A stretch of 64,000 nt of DNA, from NCBI RefSeq assembly GCF_030013205.1, contig NZ_CP122649.1; one strand, written 5' to 3'. This stretch comes from Escherichia coli. GTDB lineage: Bacteria > Pseudomonadota > Gammaproteobacteria > Enterobacterales > Enterobacteriaceae. A program made the translations under genes and the position numbers. The notes beneath the pieces are model-generated. The model worked only from the letters and a program-made list of their open reading frames with translations, ran no database searches and had not been told where the DNA came from. Below, piece after piece: positions 56,691-64,000 of this stretch. Positions within the stretch are counted from its first letter, which is position 1. Each line of letters opens with the position of its first letter.

Positions 56691-56708
56691 TTTTCAGAAC
56701 CTTTTTTT
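56683..56708 (+). terminator. Rho-independent terminator
   Basis: ggttctg / cagaacc stem followed by ttttttt. Confidence 0.7.
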
Positions 56709-57340
56709 AAAGTTTACTAGAGTAGATTTCATTTTGAATAAACGTAAGATACTCCTCACTTTGACTGCCTTTCCTAAATTTTTTCTGTCCTTCAAAATCT
56801 ATATCAGGTATGAAATGTATTAACTGGCTATCTTGGTAAAGTGAAAGAACGGAATTTTGATTGAGCACCTTAGAGTCCATTAATTGATAAACTGATTCAA
56901 TACATGCACCTATAAGAACATCACACAATTGCACGCTTGGGCTTTCTTTCGAATCAATTTGATAGACTTTTTTAAGGTTTAGAGGGAATGAGATAGTTGC
57001 TATCTCGGAATGTTTAAACTCTCCTTCCTTATCACAATTGATCAAAAAGTTAAGGCGTTCATTGTAAGTTAGCAGATTTTTAGAACGATCATGCTCAATT
57101 GCATACTCTCCAGAGGACATCATTTCCGTGCGAGAAATTAATGCATTTAAAATAGTAAATGAGGCATCAGTGCTAATTCCATCAGTCATGATGGCATCAA
57201 TGCAATCTGGGTGGTTAAATGCCAAAGGACCAAAAAACTCTTTTAACCTTTGCCAATCAAGCCTCCTTATTTTGCTTATTAGCAAACTCACTGAATCTAA
57301 TGTTTTTTCTTTCATAGCATTTTGAAACTGAAGCAGAACA
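56707..57340 (-). pseudogene. gene 5'-truncated by IS10 insertion (DUF3800-like C-terminal region by recall)
   Basis: The frame stays open up to the IS10 outside end at 57341, and the upstream codons of the tracked ORF are IS10 sequence. The motif SVQLCDVLIGACIESV is reminiscent of the DUF3800 C-terminal region. Confidence 0.5.
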
Positions 57341-58669
57341 CTGATGAATCCCCTAATGATTTTTATCAAAATCATTAAGTTAAGGTAGATACACATCTTG
57401 TCATATGATCAAATGGTTTCGCCAAAAATCAATAATCAGACAACAAAATGTGCGAACTCGATATTTTACACGACTCTCTTTACCAATTCTGCCCCGAATT
57501 ACACTTAAAACGACTCAACAGCTTAACGTTGGCTTGCCACGCCTTACTTGACTGTAAAACTCTCACTCTTACCGAACTTGGCCGTAACCTGCCAACCAAA
57601 GCGAGAACAAAACATAACATCAAACGAATCGACCGATTGTTAGGTAATCGTCACCTCCACAAAGAGCGACTCGCTGTATACCGTTGGCATGCTAGCTTTA
57701 TCTGTTCGGGCAATACGATGCCCATTGTACTTGTTGACTGGTCTGATATCCGTGAGCAAAAACGGCTTATGGTATTGCGAGCTTCAGTCGCACTACACGG
57801 TCGTTCTGTTACTCTTTATGAGAAAGCGTTCCCGCTTTCAGAGCAATGTTCAAAGAAAGCTCATGACCAATTTCTAGCCGACCTTGCGAGCATTCTACCG
57901 AGTAACACCACACCGCTCATTGTCAGTGATGCTGGCTTTAAAGTGCCATGGTATAAATCCGTTGAGAAGCTGGGTTGGTACTGGTTAAGTCGAGTAAGAG
58001 GAAAAGTACAATATGCAGACCTAGGAGCGGAAAACTGGAAACCTATCAGCAACTTACATGATATGTCATCTAGTCACTCAAAGACTTTAGGCTATAAGAG
58101 GCTGACTAAAAGCAATCCAATCTCATGCCAAATTCTATTGTATAAATCTCGCTCTAAAGGCCGAAAAAATCAGCGCTCGACACGGACTCATTGTCACCAC
58201 CCGTCACCTAAAATCTACTCAGCGTCGGCAAAGGAGCCATGGATTCTAGCAACTAACTTACCTGTTGAAATTCGAACACCCAAACAACTTGTTAATATCT
58301 ATTCGAAGCGAATGCAGATTGAAGAAACCTTCCGAGACTTGAAAAGTCCTGCCTACGGACTAGGCCTACGCCATAGCCGAACGAGCAGCTCAGAGCGTTT
58401 TGATATCATGCTGCTAATCGCCCTGATGCTTCAACTAACATGTTGGCTTGCGGGCGTTCATGCTCAGAAACAAGGTTGGGACAAGCACTTCCAGGCTAAC
58501 ACAGTCAGAAATCGAAACGTACTCTCAACAGTTCGCTTAGGCATGGAAGTTTTGCGGCATTCTGGCTACACAATAACAAGGGAAGACTCACTCGTGGCTG
58601 CAACCCTGCTTACTCAAAATCTATTCACACATGGTTACGTTTTGGGGAAATTATGAGGGGATCTCTCAG
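57341..58669 (+). mobile_element. IS10 (1,329 bp), outside end at 57341 and inside end at 58669 (Tn10 arm)
   Basis: Ends ctgatgaatcccctaatgatttt ... ggggaaattatgaggggatctctcag; exact length. The IS10 RNA-IN/RNA-OUT antisense region is expected near 57387-57455 from the literature (not independently verified). Confidence 0.95.
57448..58656 (+). CDS. IS10 transposase
   Basis: 402 aa, MCELDILHDSLYQFCPELHLKRLNSLTLACHALLDCKTLTL... Confidence 0.95.
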   Translation: MCELDILHDSLYQFCPELHLKRLNSLTLACHALLDCKTLTLTELGRNLPTKARTKHNIKRIDRLLGNRHLHKERLAVYRWHASFICSGNTMPIVLVDWSDIREQKRLMVLRASVALHGRSVTLYEKAFPLSEQCSKKAHDQFLADLASILPSNTTPLIVSDAGFKVPWYKSVEKLGWYWLSRVRGKVQYADLGAENWKPISNLHDMSSSHSKTLGYKRLTKSNPISCQILLYKSRSKGRKNQRSTRTHCHHPSPKIYSASAKEPWILATNLPVEIRTPKQLVNIYSKRMQIEETFRDLKSPAYGLGLRHSRTSSSERFDIMLLIALMLQLTCWLAGVHAQKQGWDKHFQANTVRNRNVLSTVRLGMEVLRHSGYTITREDSLVAATLLTQNLFTHGYVLGKL

Positions 58670-58791
58670 TGCTCAGCATGTTTGAGTGCTTTACTCGCCG
58701 CGGGTTGAGAAATATGTAAAACTTCAGCCGCACGCGTTAAGGAACCACAAGTCATTACAGCATAAAAGATATCGAGATGTCTTAATTTCAT
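58670..58791 (-). pseudogene. LysR-type regulator, N-terminal 41-codon stub ending at the IS10 inside end
   Basis: Hand translation gives MKLRHLDIFYAVMTCGSLTRAAEVLHISQPAASKALKHAEH, then the IS10 end. Confidence 0.6.
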
Positions 58792-59021
58792 TCCATGTAG
58801 CCTACTGATTATTTATTTCTACGGACTATTCTAACGAATAAAGTATAAATAATCAGATATACTCGTCATAATTCAAATTTTGGTTTAGTTGTCACGAGAA
58901 TTAATTCGTAAACGTGCAAGCTAAATAGATTGACTAGGGGAATATACGGGGTAAGAAAGCGGCTCGGCATACTGCCCTATAATAAATTGTTAGGAGAAGT
59001 ACGCCGAGTAGTGTGTAGCTA

Positions 59022-60227
59022 TTAGGTAAAGTATGTACCAATTTCAATAAATATTTTAATTAAGATACTGTTTGAAATATCAACAATAAAGGCACCGACC
59101 ATAGGAACGACAAGGAAAGCTTTATGTGATGGTCCAAATGCTTTTGTGACTGTTTGCATATTCGCAATTGCTGTTGGTGTTGCTCCCATACCAAAGCCAC
59201 AGTGACCCGCGCTGATCACGACAGCATCATAATCTTTGCCCATCATTTTGAAGGTGACAAAGCAGGCAAATAGCACCATGACAACAGTTTGTACAGCAAT
59301 GATAATTAATACTGGCCCTGCCATGCTTGCCAATTGACCAAATTTTAATGACATTAACGCCATTGCCAAGAAAAGCGATAAAGCAACGCTACCTAATACA
59401 TCGACGGTCGGCTCAAACACTTCGTGTTTAAATACATGAGTCAGTGTATTACGGATAATAATACCGACAAATAAACACCAGACAAAAGTAGGCAGTTGCA
59501 GAAAAGTATCTTTAAACAATGCACTGATATAGCCACCAACAACAATACAGATAATCAGCATTGAAATGGTTTCAATAACGTTATTTGCATTGATTTTTCT
59601 TTTGACGCTTGGTTGCTCAAAAGCTTCAACGATAGTGTCGCGCTCTTGCTCGGTTGTTTTAGGAATAGAGACCTTTTTCAAAAGATGACGGGCAACAGGG
59701 CCGCCAACTAAACCACCCAACACTAATCCAAGTGTTGCACAAGCCATCGCTAATTCAACGGCGCCTGTTACACCATATTTATCAGCGAGAATAGGGCCCC
59801 ATGCTCCGGCATTACCATGACCACCTGTTAGAGTAATTGAACCTGCAATTAAGCCAATAAATGGACTTTCATTCATCATGACAGCCATACTCATGCCGAC
59901 AGTATTTTGAATGGCGATTAGGATCGTTACTGCAATAGTTAATAGAACTAACGGCTTTCCTCCTTTAATCAGTCGAGAAAAGTCAGAACTTAGCCCGATA
60001 GAGGAAAAGAATGTGAGCATTAATAAACTTTGCAATGAAGCATCAAAAGTAAACGAATAACCTGATGTTTTATCAATAATTAACAGAACAATTGCAACAA
60101 TAAAGCCACCAACGACGGCTTCTGGTATGTGGTTTTTTTGTAGGAACGGGGTAAATTTTACGACAAACATTCCTATGAGTAGCGCGATACATGCGACTAA
60201 TAATGTATAACTGGCATCTAGGATCAT
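59022..60227 (-). CDS. gltS: sodium/glutamate symporter GltS family (Tn10 jemA-type)
   Basis: 401 aa with ~10-12 TM helices. The sequence type and position next to IS10 match the recalled Tn10 non-tet arm. Confidence 0.85.
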   Translation of the reverse strand: MILDASYTLLVACIALLIGMFVVKFTPFLQKNHIPEAVVGGFIVAIVLLIIDKTSGYSFTFDASLQSLLMLTFFSSIGLSSDFSRLIKGGKPLVLLTIAVTILIAIQNTVGMSMAVMMNESPFIGLIAGSITLTGGHGNAGAWGPILADKYGVTGAVELAMACATLGLVLGGLVGGPVARHLLKKVSIPKTTEQERDTIVEAFEQPSVKRKINANNVIETISMLIICIVVGGYISALFKDTFLQLPTFVWCLFVGIIIRNTLTHVFKHEVFEPTVDVLGSVALSLFLAMALMSLKFGQLASMAGPVLIIIAVQTVVMVLFACFVTFKMMGKDYDAVVISAGHCGFGMGATPTAIANMQTVTKAFGPSHKAFLVVPMVGAFIVDISNSILIKIFIEIGTYFT

Positions 60228-60452
60228 TTTTTTACCTCTATTAGTTTACCAGAATTTTCACTATAACAATTTAACAATAGTGAAAAATGAAGTTACTTTG
60301 GTTAACTAATCTTTAACAATGAGTTTTATTAGGGTATCCATAACTTTTAGTTAATAGGGTCATAATTTTAGTGTGATCTTAATCATGAAATATTGGGTAT
60401 ACGGATTTAATGGTTGATGGGGCACCTTTACCCCACCAACCTGATACCATTA

Positions 60453-61389
60453 TCAGATGGTTGATAGATCGACCCCGTAGTTGAGTTCCTCTGCGAAGTC
60501 CGGCAGTCCGTAACCGATGGTTTTCTTGTAGAACGGAGAGACCTTCGCGGTCGGGGCCTTCTTCTTGTGCTTCGTGGTGTAGAGCATTCGTGCCCGCATC
60601 ACCTCGAAGGAGTAACCACGTCCTTCACGGTTCTTGTCCTTGGCCAGTCGGTTGATGGACTCCGTGTAAGCGTTGGTGACGGGCATGTCCGTCTCGAAGT
60701 AGGTCATGATCTCTTCGCGCCAGTTGCCTACAGCCCTGACCAGATCGCTCCAGACTTCCTTCTGGCCCTTCGGGATGGTGGCTATCCACTCGTCCAGGGC
60801 GGCTTCTGCCTGGGGCCGTGTGGTAGCGTCCCAGATGCCGTAGAAACGTTCCTTGTGCTCGTAGGCGGCCAGCAGTTGTGGGAATGCGCCGGTCCAGGTC
60901 TCCATGATGAGGCGTTCCCGGTTTGAGACTTCGTGAGCGCGTTTCAGCAGGATTTTCCGGTCACCCTTGAGGGTTCGGCTCTGGGAGGGCATCAGCTCCT
61001 TCCTGAGGCCCTTGCGCACCTTCTCCAGGGCATCGTTGGCCATGCGCACCACATGGAACTTATCGACCACGATGCGGGCCTGTGGCAGCACCGCCTTGAC
61101 CGCTGCTCGGTAGGGATTCCACATGTCCATGCTGACGATCTTGACCTTCTGCCGGTCTTTCATCTTCATCAGGTAGTTGGTCATCACGTCCTGACGGCGG
61201 GTGGCCAGCAGGTCGAGCAGGGTCCTCTCCTCGATGTTGGTCAGGATGCAGCGGTAGCGCTTGTTCAGGTACAACTCGTCAATGCCGAGAATGCGGGGCG
61301 TCTCGAAGCGGTGCCAGCGCCCCAGGAATTCGGCGCGGGCGTTGAAAATGTCGCGTACCGTCTTCTCGTCCAGGCCCGCAATATTATCA
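60453..61389 (-). pseudogene. ISL3-family transposase, C-terminal part (split by insertion)
   Basis: The GC-rich frame continues upstream of the tracked 273-aa ORF to 61389 (..NIAGLDEKTVRDIFNARAEFLGRWHRFETPRILGIDELYLNKRYRC..). Confidence 0.8.
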
Positions 61390-61455
61390 AGAGTAAACTA
61401 TTAAAAATCCATTAAAATCAATACTTTCACTTTGAGAACATGTATTTAAAGTAAA

Positions 61456-61495
61456 TAACAATTAAAGCCTGTATCTTAGTTATCACTTGAGATAC
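61456..61495. terminator. Hairpin downstream of lnu
   Basis: agcctgtatct / agatacaggct stem with flanking T/A runs. Confidence 0.55.
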
Positions 61496-61506
61496 AGGCT
61501 TTTTAT

Positions 61507-62310
61507 TTATTCGTTCATATAATTAAACAGTTTGCCTAAAAAATCATCGCTAATGGTTAATTGATACTGTTTTTCAACGAGATTTCGAAGTTCCATAACG
61601 AGAAGCAAAGAGTTCTTATAGGCTTCATATAGTTCTAATTCATTTAATCGGGCAGTAGTCTTTTTAAACTTTTCATAGTTTTCAGGACTAATTTCTTTTT
61701 CAAGATTCTTTGTCATATTAAACCAATTATCGGCATTTTCTTCCGCAATTCGAATGAGTTGTAGTATATTTTTTTGTAATTGAGATAAAAGTTCCAGTGA
61801 ACGTGCATTTTCCCCTCTTTTAAGAACATTAATCCCCATTAACCATAGGTTGGAAAAATTATTCAATAAAAAATTTACGTTTTCTTCTGTAAGTCTATTT
61901 GGTCCCGGACCTTCCAACTCTGATAAATACAATTCTAGTTGTCCTGTTTCATCATAAATAAACATTGCTTTTGTGTCAGGAATGTAGCCTGATTCTTTGA
62001 ATGAAGGAATAATATTCATTTCGTTTTCGGAAAGGAAATGAAATTCACCACGTATTAGATTTTCAAAAATTACTACTTCCGTACCGTACTCATTTTGATA
62101 GAGTAAAGTGTAGGAAGCGACTTCATTTAGCCATTTTGCTGAATCAAAGGTGGAAATTGTATCATCTTTTAGAAAAACGTAATATTCTATATCAGAGTAT
62201 TGATCTCCCTCTCCTTTTGTAAAAGAGCCATACATCATACAAGCAGATATTCGTTCATCTGACTGGACAAGTTCCTTAACCCTTGCCATTAGTTCCTTTT
62301 GTTTTAACAA
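61507..62310 (-). CDS. lnu: lincosamide nucleotidyltransferase, Lnu(B)/Lnu(G) family
   Basis: 267 aa from a TTG start. MLKQKELMARVKELVQSDERISACMMYGSFTKGEGDQYSDIEYYVFLK... closely resembles the recalled Lnu(B). The allele cannot be assigned without a search. Confidence 0.85.
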   Translation of the reverse strand: MLKQKELMARVKELVQSDERISACMMYGSFTKGEGDQYSDIEYYVFLKDDTISTFDSAKWLNEVASYTLLYQNEYGTEVVIFENLIRGEFHFLSENEMNIIPSFKESGYIPDTKAMFIYDETGQLELYLSELEGPGPNRLTEENVNFLLNNFSNLWLMGINVLKRGENARSLELLSQLQKNILQLIRIAEENADNWFNMTKNLEKEISPENYEKFKKTTARLNELELYEAYKNSLLLVMELRNLVEKQYQLTISDDFLGKLFNYMNE

Positions 62311-62494
62311 TTCGATTCCTTCTTTCTTTATTTTGATTCAGGGAGAAATAAAAAATCCTCCCACCTCTCTTTAACCACTTTAACTACTATAAATTATAGA
62401 CCTTGTTAATTTTTATTTAAAGTAAAAACCTCCCTAATATCCCCCTCCTAAACTACTTTAACTACTATTATTCATTATACTATGGATAAGTGGT

Positions 62495-62842
62495 ATCAGC
62501 CACGTAGGCGTAGGGGTGATTGAAGGCTTCCTTCTCCACGTACTCATGCAACCGCAGCGTCATGCGGAAGCCGTCCACCATCTCCGGTAGCTGGGGCCTG
62601 AAGGTGGTCTTGCAGGCCCGGCAGGTGTACCGGCGACGAACTACCCAGAGGGTGACCCGCTTGCCGTGGATGGGCAGGTCACGATAGGGAACATCACGCT
62701 TGCCGAACCGCACGAACTCACCCTGCACGCAGCACCCCTCGCAGGCTACTGGTGTAGGTGCTTCAAGCCGAAAATGTATGTCTTCATTCTGCTCATCAGA
62801 ATCCACCAACTGGTAACCAGGAAGGCTTAACGAATTAATCAT
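62495..62842 (-). pseudogene. ISL3-family transposase, N-terminal part (116 codons)
   Basis: MINSLSLPGYQLVDSDEQNEDIHFRLEAPTPVACEGC..RRRYTCRACKTTFRPQLPEM... carries the Zn-finger-like motif typical of ISL3 N-termini. The tracked ORF runs 5 codons into the insertion. Confidence 0.8.
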
Positions 62843-62854
62843 CTCCCGCCTTGA

Positions 62855-63889
62855 TCAGAAAAACAGGTAGGTGGCGTAACCGGCAATCATCGCCATAGCA
62901 AAAATGACTGCTAAAAACGCCGCTAAAAGCTTCAGCGTGAACAAAGAGCGCAACAGAATGAGCTCAGTCAGGCTGGCTCCGGCACTGCCGATGATCAACG
63001 CAAGCACCGTCCCGGCACCCACGCCTTTGGCCATCAGAGCCGCTGCCAGAGGTATGACGGCTTCAGCGCGAATATACAACGGCACGCCGATGACAGCGGC
63101 AACTGGAATGGCAAAGGGATTATCTGGGCCTGCATACTGCTCCAATAAGTCAGTGGGCATGAAACCATAGATCACGCTGCCAATCGCAATAGCGATGAGC
63201 AGGTAAGGCAACACATCGATAAAGTCCGACCAAGCTTCCCGCCACACACCATTGTACTTCCCTTCTTTCTTAACCGTGACAGTGGGTTGACTGTCACAGC
63301 ATTCGCTAGACGTAGAGACTGTTGTCTTCCTATCAGCCCCGCAAGAAGCCGTCTTCGGAGTGGTGTCGCAGCTGTTGGTGCCGCAACTCGATGCGGTCGA
63401 TGTAGCACTGCACGGGCTTGCTGATGAACTACATCCACTGCTCTCTTGTGTCGCCGTCCGGCGCACATAACGCTCGAAGCCAAGCGTGTGAAGCAGCCAT
63501 CCGGCACCTACCGCGACCACCAAAGCGGCGAGCACATAGATAGCAGTAAGTGTCCATCCAAACGTGGCAACCAGCAGGCCGACGACGATAGGATTCAGCA
63601 ACGGAGATGTGAAAAGAAACACCATCATCGGCCCAAAACCGGCCCGTGCCTGAATCAACCCTTTCAACATGGGGATAGTCGAGCAACTACAGAAGGGCGT
63701 TATAGCTCCTAAACCAGCAGCAAGAAAATAGCCTCGCTTCCCACTGGAAGTCAGTAACGCTTCCACCTTGGATGGTGGGATGTGACGTTGAAGAACTCCG
63801 ACCAGCAAGCTAATGCCAATGAATAAAACCGATAGCTCGATAGCGAGAAAGGCGAACATGCCTAGAGCGTCTTGGAGTTGAGGTGACAT
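62855..63889 (-). CDS. permease with a PFCSCS motif and a Cys/Ser/Thr-rich central loop (344 aa)
   Basis: ORF track; multiple TM helices; AITPFCSCSTIPM motif. The loop is ..SSGCSSSASPCSATSTASSCGTNSCDTTPKTASCGADRKTTVSTSSECCDS... The stop is 12 nt before the ISL3 transposase start. Confidence 0.75.
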   Translation of the reverse strand: MSPQLQDALGMFAFLAIELSVLFIGISLLVGVLQRHIPPSKVEALLTSSGKRGYFLAAGLGAITPFCSCSTIPMLKGLIQARAGFGPMMVFLFTSPLLNPIVVGLLVATFGWTLTAIYVLAALVVAVGAGWLLHTLGFERYVRRTATQESSGCSSSASPCSATSTASSCGTNSCDTTPKTASCGADRKTTVSTSSECCDSQPTVTVKKEGKYNGVWREAWSDFIDVLPYLLIAIAIGSVIYGFMPTDLLEQYAGPDNPFAIPVAAVIGVPLYIRAEAVIPLAAALMAKGVGAGTVLALIIGSAGASLTELILLRSLFTLKLLAAFLAVIFAMAMIAGYATYLFF

Positions 63890-64000
63890 TCAATATTACT
63901 CCTATATTTCTAGTTTTATCGAAATGATGTACGCAGCCTACTTGCGTTTATCCGACCTGTCAACTATAATTCTAGAAACATCGAATTATTGGGGCGTGCT

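Larger units (their letters stand above)
61390..62493 (-). mobile_element. 1,104-bp AT-rich lnu-carrying insertion flanked by 5-bp direct repeats TATCA
   Basis: TATCA occurs at 61385-61389 and 62494-62498. Deleting 61390-62498 restores a continuous transposase frame (..HPYAYVAD-NIAGLDEKTV..). There is a sharp composition change at both junctions. Confidence 0.75.

Overview
The window reads as a segment of a large enterobacterial conjugative plasmid. From recall only (no search was possible), it is most consistent with an IncHI1/R27-like backbone. Supporting features are plasmid Hha and H-NS paralogues, a Tus homologue, a Cre-like recombinase, an IS1-bracketed RepFIA replicon (repE with ori2 and incC iterons) and a Tn10 arm.

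Layout:
- 1-28129: backbone A, mostly tightly packed plus-strand operons of unknown function.
- 16219-19409: IS1-RepFIA-IS1.
- 28130-45816: a 17,687-bp Tn3-family transposon with 38-bp IRs and a 5-bp AACTT target duplication. It is now a mosaic multidrug-resistance island holding three IS26 copies, two partial ISCR2 copies, floR, a Tn5393 remnant (strA-strB, IS1133, truncated tnpR), msr(E)-mph(E), and cupin and chlorite-dismutase-like passenger genes.
- 45817-57340: backbone B, with hns followed by an AT-rich accessory island containing a Dcm-type methyltransferase and several nuclease-fold genes.
- 57341-64000: IS10 plus a Tn10-type gltS arm. It carries an ISL3-family element whose transposase gene is split by a 1,104-bp lnu insertion.

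No rRNA, tRNA or CRISPR array was seen.

Best candidates for undescribed biology:
1. A divergent locus at 50.0-56.5 kb combining a Dcm-like methyltransferase, a putative Zn/nuclease protein, an SNase, a Zn-ribbon protein and a PLD-fold protein.
2. A tandem array of five ~300-aa paralogues (3.9-8.9 kb), each preceded by a covarying leader that sequesters the Shine-Dalgarno sequence.
3. A pair of HNH-domain genes interleaved with secreted and lipoprotein genes at 24.8-27.7 kb.
4. 17-bp perfect inverted repeats bracketing 218 bp at 22.75-23.0 kb.

All family names come from motif recognition or memory. No database search or structure prediction was run.
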